From a virus (Duplodnaviria > Caudoviricetes), in IMG/VR virus record IMGVR_UViG_3300002092_001330, positions 1 to 47,309 of that record: DNA of 47,309 nt; one strand, 5' to 3'. The notes beneath the pieces are model-generated. The model was given only the letters and a program-made list of their open reading frames with translations, was not told where the DNA came from and ran no database searches. The first letter of the stretch is position 1; each line of letters begins with the position of its first letter. Both the position numbers and the translations under genes were made by a program. Below, piece after piece: positions 8,600 to 17,879 of the stretch.

Positions 8600-8850
8600 T
8601 CATTAATTTCTTGTTTTGTTTTTAAAACAACGTATTTTTGTTGATATTGAATCATTTCGTTAGCAAAAATAATTTGTAACGGCGATCGAGCGCCAGTAGG
8701 ACTTTTTAATTCTACAAACCATGTGCTACCGGGCAAACAAACAATACGATCAGCTACCCCGCGTTGGGAAATAGATCTAAACTTATAGGCTTTACCGCCT
8801 TTGCGTTCAACTACCCAAATTAAATATTGTTCTATTTCGCGTTCTCTCAT
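8581..8850 (-). CDS. VRR-NUC domain nuclease
   Basis: EREIE...GVADRIV...FVELKSP..SPLQ. Confidence 0.88.
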   Translation of the reverse strand: MREREIEQYLIWVVERKGGKAYKFRSISQRGVADRIVCLPGSTWFVELKSPTGARSPLQIIFANEMIQYQQKYVVLKTKQEINDWIATI

Positions 8851-8856
8851 AAGTGA

Positions 8857-8905
8857 AAATATAACACAAAAGTTTTTGACACAAATTATTTTTTGTGTGT
8901 ATACT
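8857..8905. promoter_or_regulatory. Divergent sigma70 promoters with palindromic operator
   Basis: Plus strand: TTGACA (8876-81), 18 nt, TATACT (8900-05), with ACACAAA-N6-TTTGTGT at 8879-98. Minus strand: TG-T-TATATT ends 7 nt before the VRR-NUC ATG. Confidence 0.7.
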
Positions 8906-8946
8906 AATTGTTCAATAAAGTAAAAACTAAACTAAAGGATAAATTA

Positions 8947-10071
8947 ATGGCAAATCATTCTTCAATCGTTGGCGGTTCCACCGCTTCCCGCGTTATTAAA
9001 TGCCCCGGTTCTGTTGCTCTAGTAGCAAAGATGCCGCCTAAACCATCCAGCAAATATGCTGATGAAGGCACTCTTTTACATAATGTGATTGCGGAAATAT
9101 TAGAAAAGCAAAAAATAGCTAAAGAAATGATTGGTACAAAATATAAAGGGCATACCCTTACACAAGAGTTACTTGATAGTAAAATTTATCCCGCGTTAGA
9201 AAAATTAAATGAAATTGATCCTAATTGTGAAATGGACTTTGCTGTTGAAACTCAAGTGCATTTTAGCGACTTATTGCCGGGTGTATTTGGTTCTGCCGAT
9301 GTATTGGGAAAATTAAATCGCAGGGCTTTAGTGATTGATTGGAAGTTTGGGGATGGTGTTATTGTTGAAGCCGAAGAAAACTATCAAGGTATGTTTTATG
9401 CGGCGGCGGCCATGCACACACATGAAGTTAAATGGGTATTTGAAGATGTTGATGAAGTAGAAATTATTATTATTCAGCCCCCAATGATGAAGCGTTGGGT
9501 AACTTCTGTTGAACGAATTAAAGAATTTGAACAGGAATTAATGCTTGCAGTAAAAGAATCTGAAAAGCGTGATGCAAAAATAGAACAGGGTAGTCATTGT
9601 CGTTGGTGTGCGGCCAAGCCAGTATGTCCAGTAATGACAGGTGCCGTTGATCGCGCTATGAATACTCAACTCAAAGCGATTGACGCGAAACAGATTAGTG
9701 AATTTTTAAGTGTTGCTGATACATTAGAACAATGGATAACCGATTTACGAGCATTGGCGCATCAGTTGATAGAAGCTGATTTTGAAGTCCCCGGTTATAA
9801 ATTAGTGGCTAAACGAGCTACAAGACAATGGGCTGATGAACAAGAGGTAGCAAAATGGGCTAGTGATTTAGATAGTAGCGTGATTTATGAGCGCAAATTA
9901 AGATCTCCAGCACAATTAGAAAAAGAATTAAAGAAGTATGGAAAAGAATTGCCGAAGGATTTAGTTGTATCGATTTCTTCTGGTAGTACGTTGGCATTGG
10001 AGAGTGATCCACGGCCAGCGGTTTTGCAAATCGGGAAGCAATTAAATGCCGCCCTTAATAAACTAAACTAA
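8947..10071 (+). CDS. DUF2800 / Cas4-like PD-(D/E)XK exonuclease
   Basis: HSSIVGGS..RVIKCPGS, EGTLLH, GSAD, IDWKFG, HCRWC..KPVCP (four Cys); ATG at 8947 after AAGGA. Confidence 0.88.
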   Translation: MANHSSIVGGSTASRVIKCPGSVALVAKMPPKPSSKYADEGTLLHNVIAEILEKQKIAKEMIGTKYKGHTLTQELLDSKIYPALEKLNEIDPNCEMDFAVETQVHFSDLLPGVFGSADVLGKLNRRALVIDWKFGDGVIVEAEENYQGMFYAAAAMHTHEVKWVFEDVDEVEIIIIQPPMMKRWVTSVERIKEFEQELMLAVKESEKRDAKIEQGSHCRWCAAKPVCPVMTGAVDRAMNTQLKAIDAKQISEFLSVADTLEQWITDLRALAHQLIEADFEVPGYKLVAKRATRQWADEQEVAKWASDLDSSVIYERKLRSPAQLEKELKKYGKELPKDLVVSISSGSTLALESDPRPAVLQIGKQLNAALNKLN

Positions 10072-10085
10072 AGAAAGAAATAAAG

Positions 10086-10742
10086 ATGAACACTTTAACA
10101 ACATTTAAATCAGCAGGATTACCCGCAGTAAAAGATTTAGCAAGTGCATTAAAAGCCAATTTACCATCGATTGCAAGCGCTGGTAGTGTGATAATTAAAA
10201 TGGACAAAACAGGTCATTGGGTGTTTGGTACTGATCAAACTGAAATTGAACCCGATTCTATTTGGGCAGTTAATCCATTTAGCTTTATTCATGGTTATAT
10301 TGCGTGGGGTGATGGTGATGTATTAGGTGAGAAAATGGCACCTATTAGCCAGCCTATGCCTGAACTTGATGTAGCCCCGCCCGGCGCTAAAAAGGGTTGG
10401 GAAACACAAGTAGGTTTATCGATTAAATGTATGAATGGCGATGACAAAAATATGGAAGCGCGCTATACATCAACATCTGTTGGTGGCAAGCGCGCTATAC
10501 AAACTCTTGGAGTTGCTATTGCACAACAAATTGATAAAGACCCATCCAAACCTGTTGCAGTAATTACTTTAGGTAAAGAGTTTTATACCCATAAATCTTA
10601 TGGCCGTATTTACACGCCTATATTTAACATTATTGATTGGGTTTCAATGGATGCAGATAATTCTGCGCCAGTTTTAGAAATGGATGAGGAAGTTGAAGAT
10701 GCTCCTGTTGCGCCTATTCGCCGTCGTAGATCAGCGGTTTAA
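10086..10742 (+). CDS. Putative ssDNA-binding/recombination protein
   Basis: Position between DUF2800 and PolA; acidic tail; function inferred from synteny only. Confidence 0.5.
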   Translation: MNTLTTFKSAGLPAVKDLASALKANLPSIASAGSVIIKMDKTGHWVFGTDQTEIEPDSIWAVNPFSFIHGYIAWGDGDVLGEKMAPISQPMPELDVAPPGAKKGWETQVGLSIKCMNGDDKNMEARYTSTSVGGKRAIQTLGVAIAQQIDKDPSKPVAVITLGKEFYTHKSYGRIYTPIFNIIDWVSMDADNSAPVLEMDEEVEDAPVAPIRRRRSAV

Positions 10743-10747
10743 AATAT

Positions 10748-12685
10748 ATGACGCTTTGGGTTGATTTTGAAACGCGTAGTAAATGCAATCTTTTAGAGAA
10801 AGGTGTTTACAATTACGCGCAAGACATGAGCACCGAAGTGTTATGTATGTCGTATGCGTTTGGCGATGAGGATGTTAAAACATGGCTTCCTCATCAGCCA
10901 TTCCCGCAAAAAGTAAAAAATTATCAAGGTTTGATCTATGCTCATAATTCTGCCTTTGAACGGCTTATTTTTTGGTATGTATTAGGCATTAATTTTAAGT
11001 TGGAACAATTCTATTGCACAGCGGCGCAAGCTAGAGCCAATTGCGCTCCGGGTTCTTTAGAGGATGTTGGGCGTTTTGCTGGCGCATCGATGCAAAAAGA
11101 TCATCGAGGTAATCAATTAATTCGTTTGCTATCGATTCCTAAACCTGACGGAACATTTAATAATGATCCCGAACTAATGAAAGAAATGGTTGAGTATTGC
11201 GAACAAGATGTTCGAGCAATGCGTGTAATTAGCGTCAATCAGCGGCGGTTATCGATTGAAGAACTGCAAGATTATCATATTAACGAACGCATTAATGATC
11301 GAGGCGTGTTAGTTGATGTGTCATTGGCGCAAGCCGCAATGCGCTACGCCGCGGCAGAGTTAGAAGAAATACAAAATTTAGTTGTTGAAATTACAGAAGG
11401 CGAAATTATTAGCGTAAGATCTCCAAAAATGCGCGAATGGGTACAAGCGCGTGTTGGACAACAGGCATTAAAGTTGATGGAATCTTATAAAGAAGGTCGT
11501 AAGAAATATTCTATCGATAAGAACGTCAGAGCCAATTTATTAATTATGGATGACGCCGATGAAGTGCCGCCTTATGTGGCCGACGTCATTCAATGTGCTG
11601 ATGATCTATGGGCATCATCTGTGGCTAAGTTTGATCGCATGGTTAAACTGGCTGATGATGAGGATTGCCGAGTGCGTGGCGCATTTGTTTTCAATGGCGG
11701 TAGCGCAACAGGGCGCGCATCAAGTTTTGGTTTGCAAGTTCACAATTTTACGCGTAAGTGTGCTAAAGAACCTGAAGCCGTTAGACAAGCAATGATGTCC
11801 AACCAGTTGGTTGTACCAACTTACGGCAAGCGCGTAACAGATGTTTTAAAAGGTATGTTACGCCCCGCGTTATTACCCGCCAAAGGTAAATCTTTGGTTG
11901 TAGCGGATTGGGCGGCCATTGAAGCAAGAGCAAATCCTTGGTTATCCAATCAAGAATCGGCTAATGAAGTATTAAATGTATTTAGATCAGGGAAAGATAT
12001 TTATGTTCGAGAAGCCGCTGGAATATTTCATTGCGATGAATCAGAAATTACTTCTGATCGTCGGCAGATTGGTAAAGTTGCTATATTATCTTGTGGCTAC
12101 GGGGGTGGTATTGGTGCTTTTGGCGCTATGGGTAGGGGTTATGGTATTCATCTTCCTGAATCTGATGCTAAAAGAACTGTTGATGCGTGGCGTAGGGCTA
12201 ATCCGTGGGCTGTTTATTATTGGCAAGAATTAGAAACCGCATATACAAGAGCGCTTAGAAATCCGGGCATAGAATTTACTGCGGGGCGCGTTACTTATTT
12301 GTTTGATGGTTTGCATCTTTGGTATTCATTACCATCAAGCCGTGTGCTATGCTATCCTTATGCCCGCTTAGATGAGGAAGGGGTATCTTATGCTAAAGCG
12401 GCTTGGAAACCCGCCGCCGACGCAACAGAATGGCCTCGCGCAAGATTATGGAAAGGTTTAGCTTGCGAAAATATTACTCAAGCGGTTGCCAATGATATAT
12501 TGCGTCATTCATTACGTCAGTTAAATAATGTTGTACTTCATGTGCATGATGAAATCGTGATTGAAACTGATGATCCTGATAACGCCGCAGAAGAATTAGA
12601 ACGGGTAATGTGTACGCCCCCAGCATGGGCTACCGATTTACCCTTAGATGTAGAAGTAAATGTAATGGGTCGTTACGGAAAGTAA
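10748..12685 (+). CDS. polA: Family A DNA polymerase with 3'-5' exonuclease (APSE-like)
   Basis: DFETRS, HNSAFER, YCEQD exonuclease motifs; ADWAAIEAR, RQIGKVAILSCGYG, HVHDEI polymerase motifs A/B/C. Confidence 0.95.
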   Translation: MTLWVDFETRSKCNLLEKGVYNYAQDMSTEVLCMSYAFGDEDVKTWLPHQPFPQKVKNYQGLIYAHNSAFERLIFWYVLGINFKLEQFYCTAAQARANCAPGSLEDVGRFAGASMQKDHRGNQLIRLLSIPKPDGTFNNDPELMKEMVEYCEQDVRAMRVISVNQRRLSIEELQDYHINERINDRGVLVDVSLAQAAMRYAAAELEEIQNLVVEITEGEIISVRSPKMREWVQARVGQQALKLMESYKEGRKKYSIDKNVRANLLIMDDADEVPPYVADVIQCADDLWASSVAKFDRMVKLADDEDCRVRGAFVFNGGSATGRASSFGLQVHNFTRKCAKEPEAVRQAMMSNQLVVPTYGKRVTDVLKGMLRPALLPAKGKSLVVADWAAIEARANPWLSNQESANEVLNVFRSGKDIYVREAAGIFHCDESEITSDRRQIGKVAILSCGYGGGIGAFGAMGRGYGIHLPESDAKRTVDAWRRANPWAVYYWQELETAYTRALRNPGIEFTAGRVTYLFDGLHLWYSLPSSRVLCYPYARLDEEGVSYAKAAWKPAADATEWPRARLWKGLACENITQAVANDILRHSLRQLNNVVLHVHDEIVIETDDPDNAAEELERVMCTPPAWATDLPLDVEVNVMGRYGK

Positions 12686-12699
12686 TATACTAATAAACC

Positions 12700-12736
12700 G
12701 AAAAGGTTTGAACCCGACAAAGATTCAAACCTTTTC
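12700..12736. promoter_or_regulatory. 13-bp perfect stem-loop between polA and primase
   Basis: GAAAAGGTTTGAA-N11-TTCAAACCTTTTC. Confidence 0.7.
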
Positions 12737-12761
12737 TAACCACATTAAATAGAGGGATTAA

Positions 12762-15104
12762 ATGGCTGGAAACAATAATATCACAACAATGGAATTTGTT
12801 GAATACTTACAAAAATTAGCGGTTGAGGGAGAAACTTTACTCGTCGTGCGTCAAAAGCCCGTTATTATTGATGGGGCGCAAGCAACTTACAGCGACGGCG
12901 CTTTAAAATACACATGGCCAGCTTATTTGCCGGAGCGTTTTAAACCGGGCGGCGCTTGGTACGGCAACACAGGTTCTTTTATCATTGACCGTTTTATGAA
13001 TGGCCGTGTGGCCGCATCTGCCAGCAATTGCGAATATGTTGCGGTTATGGTTTTAGATGACATTGGTACTAAATCTAAAACCCCGCTTCTTGAACCAACA
13101 TGGAAAATTGAAACATCTTCCAATAACTACCAATGGGGTTATGTTTTTGTTGAACAACCTACTAAGGGGGAGTTCTGTGCGGCTATTAAAGCTATCGCTA
13201 ACGCGGGTTTTACTGATGGCGGCGCTATTAATGCGGTGCGTAACTTCCGCATCCCCGGTTCAATTAATTTTAAGCCCGGCAAAGAAAGTTTTGAATCTAA
13301 GCTGGTATTTTTTGAGCCTAATAACGAGTTTACACTTGATCAAATCTGCGGGGCTTTGGGCGTCAAGCCTGACATCGCTGATACTTCATCGATGCGAACT
13401 ATTCATTTGGTAGACGATGGTAGTGATGACATTCTTAACTGGCTAAGTGATAACGCTTTATTATTAGAAAACGCCAACCAGTCAGGCTGGTACGGCGTAG
13501 TTTGTCCTAATTATGCTGAACATAGCGATGGCAATCCGATGGGGCGTTACCATCCTGTAAACCGCGCTTACTGTTGTTACCATGAGCATTGCACCAATTT
13601 TCATTCGCGTGACTTTTTGAATTGGGCGGCGTTGCAAGGCGCCCCGCAACATGAGCCGGGTGTTAGATCTGAGTTGCTTACCGAAGTTTTTAGCAATGCT
13701 TTGGCCAAAATCACGCCATCGCAAATGTTTTCCAGCATACCTTCTGAACTGTTGGCTGAAATCGAACGCAAGGAATTGGGGCGTATTGAGCGTCAGCATT
13801 GGTACGAGCATTTCGCGTATGTGCAAGATGATGACGCGTATTTTGATATAGTAGACAGGCGTGAGGTTTCACGCGGAACATTTAACGCTCTTTATCGACA
13901 TATTTATTGCAAATCGGTGCATACAGGTCGTAAGGTAGAGGCCTCAGTTGCTTTTGACGAAGCTAGGCAAGCGCATGATTCCAAAGCGTTAGTAGGTTTA
14001 ACTTACGCCGCGGGCGAAGCCGCTTTCGTTGGGCGTGAGGGTGATATGTACGGCAACCGCTGGGTAGATGCTAGGCCTGATTTGTCTAACGTACAAGTCG
14101 GTGACATTAATCATTGGTTTGAACTTGTCAATCTGTTGATTCCTGATGAAGATAGCCGCAACCATGTTTTTGATCTGATGGCTTTCAAGTTACAGAACCC
14201 CGCTATTAAGATTAACCATGCCGTGTTGCACGTTGGTGATGAGGGTTGTGGTAAAGACACCATGTGGGCGCCGTTCATTTGGTCGGTATGTGGTTCACGC
14301 TTGAAAAACCGTGGTTACATGGATAACGATACCATTGGTTCTCAATGGGGTTATGATCTGGAATCAGAAATTTTAATCATTAACGAACTTAAAGAGCCAG
14401 ACGCCGCATCGCGTCGAGCACTTGCCAATAAACTCAAGCCAATTATCGCCGCGCCACCAGAGATGCTTAACATTAATCGTAAGGGTTTACACCCATATCA
14501 AATGGCCAACCGCGTGTTCGTGCTGGCATTTTCCAATGAACAAATTCCGATTACTTTAGCTTCACAAGACCGCCGTTGGTTTTGTTTAACATCCAATGCC
14601 GCGCGCATGAGTGATGATGCGGGTAAAATGATGTGGGATTGGTATAACGCTGGGGGTTTTGCTCAAGTGGCCGCATGGTTGAAGGCGCGCGATGTAAGCC
14701 AGTTTAATCCGGGTGCCACGCCAGAGATGACCGAGTTTAAGATGAATCTCATTGAGCATGGGCGTTCAATGGCAGAATCATATATCGTTGAATTGCTTAA
14801 AGCTCGACGTGGGGAATTTGCGCGGGGGATTATTGGTAGTCCGTTCCATGCCGTATGTGATCGCGTCGCGGCATTAGTGCCAGCCAACGTCAAGGTACCG
14901 CAAGCCGCTTTGCTCCATGCTTTGAAAGAAGCGGGTTGGGTAGATTGTGGCCGTATTGCATCGATTGATTACCCAAATAAGAAGCATATCTTTGCCGCGC
15001 CTGATGCGATTGAAGGTATGACTAAATCAGAAATCCGCAGGGTAGTTGAAGCCACACAAGAACCTAGAGCCGTATTACTTGACATAAAAAGGAAAACCGC
15101 GTAA
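12762..15104 (+). CDS. Primase-helicase (RepB-type primase + DUF5906/SF3-like NTPase)
   Basis: VLDDIG...PTWKIETSSNNYQWGY; Cys/His zinc cluster CPNYAEH...CYHEHC; Walker A GDEGCGKD; IINE; DRRW. Confidence 0.88.
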   Translation: MAGNNNITTMEFVEYLQKLAVEGETLLVVRQKPVIIDGAQATYSDGALKYTWPAYLPERFKPGGAWYGNTGSFIIDRFMNGRVAASASNCEYVAVMVLDDIGTKSKTPLLEPTWKIETSSNNYQWGYVFVEQPTKGEFCAAIKAIANAGFTDGGAINAVRNFRIPGSINFKPGKESFESKLVFFEPNNEFTLDQICGALGVKPDIADTSSMRTIHLVDDGSDDILNWLSDNALLLENANQSGWYGVVCPNYAEHSDGNPMGRYHPVNRAYCCYHEHCTNFHSRDFLNWAALQGAPQHEPGVRSELLTEVFSNALAKITPSQMFSSIPSELLAEIERKELGRIERQHWYEHFAYVQDDDAYFDIVDRREVSRGTFNALYRHIYCKSVHTGRKVEASVAFDEARQAHDSKALVGLTYAAGEAAFVGREGDMYGNRWVDARPDLSNVQVGDINHWFELVNLLIPDEDSRNHVFDLMAFKLQNPAIKINHAVLHVGDEGCGKDTMWAPFIWSVCGSRLKNRGYMDNDTIGSQWGYDLESEILIINELKEPDAASRRALANKLKPIIAAPPEMLNINRKGLHPYQMANRVFVLAFSNEQIPITLASQDRRWFCLTSNAARMSDDAGKMMWDWYNAGGFAQVAAWLKARDVSQFNPGATPEMTEFKMNLIEHGRSMAESYIVELLKARRGEFARGIIGSPFHAVCDRVAALVPANVKVPQAALLHALKEAGWVDCGRIASIDYPNKKHIFAAPDAIEGMTKSEIRRVVEATQEPRAVLLDIKRKTA

Positions 15105-15158
15105 CCCAAACGCTTGGGTAATGTGATAGCATAACCATTAACCCAAACGCTTAGGTTA
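15102..15158 (+). promoter_or_regulatory. Tandem palindromic operators around an extended -10
   Basis: TAACCCAAACGCTTGGGTA (15102-20) and TAACCCAAACGCTTAGGTTA (15139-58) flank TGATAGCAT. Confidence 0.65.
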
Positions 15159-15176
15159 TGTAAATTAAGGAAATTA

Positions 15177-15341
15177 ATGATGACAACTCCAAAACGAAAT
15201 GATTCAGGTGGATTGAAATACACAGAACTATCATCTGCGGGTAAAACTTTAGGGCAAAAAGGTGGTAAATCTACATCGCCCGCTAAAGAAACCGCATCTC
15301 GTACTAACGGGGGTTTAGGTGGCCGGCCAACTAAACGATGA
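15177..15341 (+). CDS. 54-aa basic KGG/GGRP-motif peptide (not in ORF track)
   Basis: MMTTPKRNDSGGLKYTELSSAGKTLGQKGGKSTSPAKETASRTNGGLGGRPTKR; TAAGGA RBS. Confidence 0.75.
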   Translation: MMTTPKRNDSGGLKYTELSSAGKTLGQKGGKSTSPAKETASRTNGGLGGRPTKR

Positions 15342-15571
15342 TTATTCAAAACTTAATACTGACTGGATTAAGTTTTATTATCGTTGGTTATGTATTAATA
15401 TTATTTGCATCATTTTTTTAATTATTTGGTTTGGTGTATTTTTCTTTTGTTTTTTTAATTTTTAAACCCTAAACAATTTTTTTGTCGTTTTTTTTTGTTG
15501 TTTTGCATTTTTTCATAAAATGTTGCGGTGCATCATAGGGTAAACCCTTAGATTTTCATTTTTTTCTTTAA

Positions 15572-15720
15572 AATCAAATACTTGCGCCCTATTTTTAAAG
15601 TATTTTCGAGGAAAACTCTTTTTTTTCTTTAAAATCAATACTTTACGGGCTTTTTTGAGGTTTTTTAAAAACTTAAAAACCCCCGCTATTTTGCTTTTTT
15701 GCTTTAAAATCATAGGTTTA
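15572..15720 (+). promoter_or_regulatory. Three IHF-consensus sites in direct repeat
   Basis: AATCAAATACTTG (15572-84), AATCAATACTTTA (15633-45) and AATCATAGGTTTA (15708-20, one mismatch) versus WATCAANNNNTTR; each preceded by CTTTAA and a T-tract. Confidence 0.7.
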
Positions 15721-15976
15721 CGGGCTTAGGGCTTACGGGTTAGAAAATAGGTATAGCCGCCGCCGTAACTTTAGGCCGCCGCCCGTATGTGTGGGGGCGC
15801 GGCGTTGCGTATAGGCGCGATAATACCCGCTTAAATAGCGCCCGTTTTAATCTAGCGCGGGCGCTATTCTCGCAAAAACCCCGCGGCGGCCTCATTATCT
15901 AGCGCCCGCGATTTTTGCGACAATAGCCCGTTATTAAGCGCCGCTTTTTTAGGCGGGGGGCTTAATGCTATTAGAT

Positions 15977-16001
15977 AAAAAAGCCGCCCTTTAAGGGCGG
16001 C
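15977..16001 (-). terminator. Rho-independent terminator ending the early operon
   Basis: GCCGCCCT-tta-AGGGCGGC hairpin followed on the minus strand by T6. Confidence 0.8.
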
Positions 16002-16022
16002 CTATTATTTTAATTCATGGTT

Positions 16023-16181
16023 TTATGTTTTCTCTATAATGTAAATAATAGATAAACCCTCAAAAACGCGGCTTAAATAGGCCACGGCCTCGTTGTAACT
16101 ATCAAACGCTAAAGAATTAAAATATTCGCTTTTATAATATATTTTCCACTTCAAAATAAAACGCGCTTTTTTATCAACCAT
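16023..16181 (-). CDS. Hypothetical early protein, 52 aa (not in ORF track)
   Basis: MVDKKARFILKWKIYYKSEYFNSLAFDSYNEAVAYLSRVFEGLSIIYIIEKT; GAGGG RBS. Confidence 0.6.
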   Translation of the reverse strand: MVDKKARFILKWKIYYKSEYFNSLAFDSYNEAVAYLSRVFEGLSIIYIIEKT

Positions 16182-16196
16182 TTTTAAAACCCTCTC

Positions 16197-16949
16197 TTAA
16201 TTAACTGATAACCAAAAATTATTATTAAGCGCCGCGATTCTCTCACGCGCGGCCGATACTTCGCGCTTATAATCGCGCAATTTGTGAATTAAAACGCCGC
16301 AAATTAAGGGTTTTATATCGCCCGTTTGCCGTTGCGCCCGTATGTCTTGAATTAAACGCCGCGCCGCGTTTTTGGCCTCGTTTATATCCTCGCGTAATTG
16401 ATCAATATCATTTTGCGCGGTGTCGCGGGCGTCGTATTCTCTCGCGCTCTCGGCCTCGCGCTCGGCGTGATAATCGGCGCTATTAGCCGCCGCCCGTATT
16501 GCGTCGCTGTGATCGCTTGCGCCCTTATTTACGCGCTCGCGATCGTTAAAATAAAGTTTAACGCCGTCATAACTATCCGAAAATGTTACGGGTAAATAAT
16601 CCACGCCGCGCGAATGTCTTAATTTAATTACGCCGCCCGTTATTACATCATGGCCGAAATTATCGGCAAAATATCCCTTATGACTTAAACGCATATAATC
16701 CCCCGCCGCGCCTATATATTGGCCAATAACTTCTAAACTATCGGCGTATATAAGCCCGTTTTCTTTAATAGTAAATTGCGCGTCGTTTTTCCTATACCCA
16801 CTCATAAGGCCATATCGACAATCACGCCAATTTTTGCAATATTCGTTTTTTGATTCGCTTGCGCGTTTTTTGTAAATACTTAAACGATGCGCCGCCCTCA
16901 TATACTGATTATTCATTTTTAAACCCTCTAATTGTTTAAAATCGGGCAA
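16197..16949 (-). CDS. Hypothetical early protein with C-terminal coiled coil
   Basis: 250-codon ORF; the likely true start is the ATG near 16916 after GAGGG. Confidence 0.8.
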   Translation of the reverse strand: MPDFKQLEGLKMNNQYMRAAHRLSIYKKRASESKNEYCKNWRDCRYGLMSGYRKNDAQFTIKENGLIYADSLEVIGQYIGAAGDYMRLSHKGYFADNFGHDVITGGVIKLRHSRGVDYLPVTFSDSYDGVKLYFNDRERVNKGASDHSDAIRAAANSADYHAEREAESAREYDARDTAQNDIDQLREDINEAKNAARRLIQDIRAQRQTGDIKPLICGVLIHKLRDYKREVSAARERIAALNNNFWLSVN

Positions 16950-16959
16950 AATTACCCGC

Positions 16960-16988
16960 CAAAAAACCCCGCAAGCGCGGGGCGTTTT
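16960..16988 (-). terminator. Internal terminator-like hairpin
   Basis: CCCCGC-aagc-GCGGGG with an A-tract on its left (T-tract on the minus strand). Confidence 0.55.
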
Positions 16989-17000
16989 AACTGATAATTT

Positions 17001-17216
17001 TTAATCGGCCGCGTTTAAATCAATTAGCCATGAGGCGGGGATAGAATCGAGCGCCGTAACTTCTAACCCGTCATATTTAAAGCGAATAACGCCAATCGAA
17101 AACTCTTGACCGTTACCTAATGAATAGGGAAGCGCGATTCTATACGGCGTATTTTTTAATCTAACAGAGCGCGGCGTAATGTTTTGTTTAGTTAAATACT
17201 TGCTATTTTTTCTCAT
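17001..17216 (-). CDS. Hypothetical early protein
   Basis: ORF in head-to-tail minus-strand array. Confidence 0.65.
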   Translation of the reverse strand: MRKNSKYLTKQNITPRSVRLKNTPYRIALPYSLGNGQEFSIGVIRFKYDGLEVTALDSIPASWLIDLNAAD

Positions 17217-17219
17217 GTT

Positions 17220-17420
17220 TTAATATCCTAGTATAAAATTGTTTTTAATACGATCATTACACGCGTTTTTGATGTCGCGTATAATTTGCGTTTTTGTATA
17301 AAAAATATACGAGCGCTTAAAATAATCGCCGTTATCATGTAACGCGCTCGCTACAATGGCCGCGGGCGTGTAATCTAAAGTTATTAAATATTTTTTATAA
17401 TTAAAATAATCATTATTCAT
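17220..17420 (-). CDS. Hypothetical early protein
   Basis: ORF in array; 3-nt gaps to neighbours. Confidence 0.7.
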   Translation of the reverse strand: MNNDYFNYKKYLITLDYTPAAIVASALHDNGDYFKRSYIFYTKTQIIRDIKNACNDRIKNNFILGY

Positions 17421-17423
17421 TTT

Positions 17424-17609
17424 TTAATCTCGCCCCTCATTTAATAAATTGAATTCGTTTAATAATTCGGCTTCAGTCATATTAGATAAACCCTTAAATC
17501 CAAATAAAATAAAATCATACAAGGTATTGTCGTTATAAGCGCTATCATTTTGACAATTTTCTAGCGTCATATTTAATACGTTATCCCGTAAATTTTCTAT
17601 TGTTTTCAT
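17424..17609 (-). CDS. Hypothetical acidic early protein
   Basis: ORF in array; GFKGLSNMTEAELL. Confidence 0.7.
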   Translation of the reverse strand: MKTIENLRDNVLNMTLENCQNDSAYNDNTLYDFILFGFKGLSNMTEAELLNEFNLLNEGRD

Positions 17610-17612
17610 TTT

Positions 17613-17879
17613 TTATATTACCTTTAAAGATATGTATTGATTATGATATTCATCAAAATATTGCGTAAAAATACAGATAGCGGCGCCTTTAATATCGTGA
17701 CGCGTTAAATCGCCGTAATCCATAACTTTTTTTAAGCGGCCTTGATAGCCTTTATATTTACTAAATTTAATAATAGCCCCGCGAATTGTCGCGGCCTTTA
17801 TTTTATAGCGGTGAACCCATGAATAATTAGCTTCCCCGCCGTATGTATCCGTTATTTCAATAAAAAAGTAGTTATTCAT
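17613..17879 (-). CDS. Hypothetical early protein
   Basis: IEITDTYGGEANYSWVHRY motif; ATGA coupling. Confidence 0.75.
   Translation of the reverse strand: MNNYFFIEITDTYGGEANYSWVHRYKIKAATIRGAIIKFSKYKGYQGRLKKVMDYGDLTRHDIKGAAICIFTQYFDEYHNQYISLKVI

Noticed and set aside
8947-10071. Cas4-like gene as evidence of CRISPR-Cas
   Set aside because: No array or other cas genes; DUF2800 is a normal part of this replication module.
14969-15713. Minus-strand ORFs 14969..15349 and 15513..15713
   Set aside because: The first is antisense to the primase end and the KGG peptide; the second is translated A/T tracts over the IHF sites.
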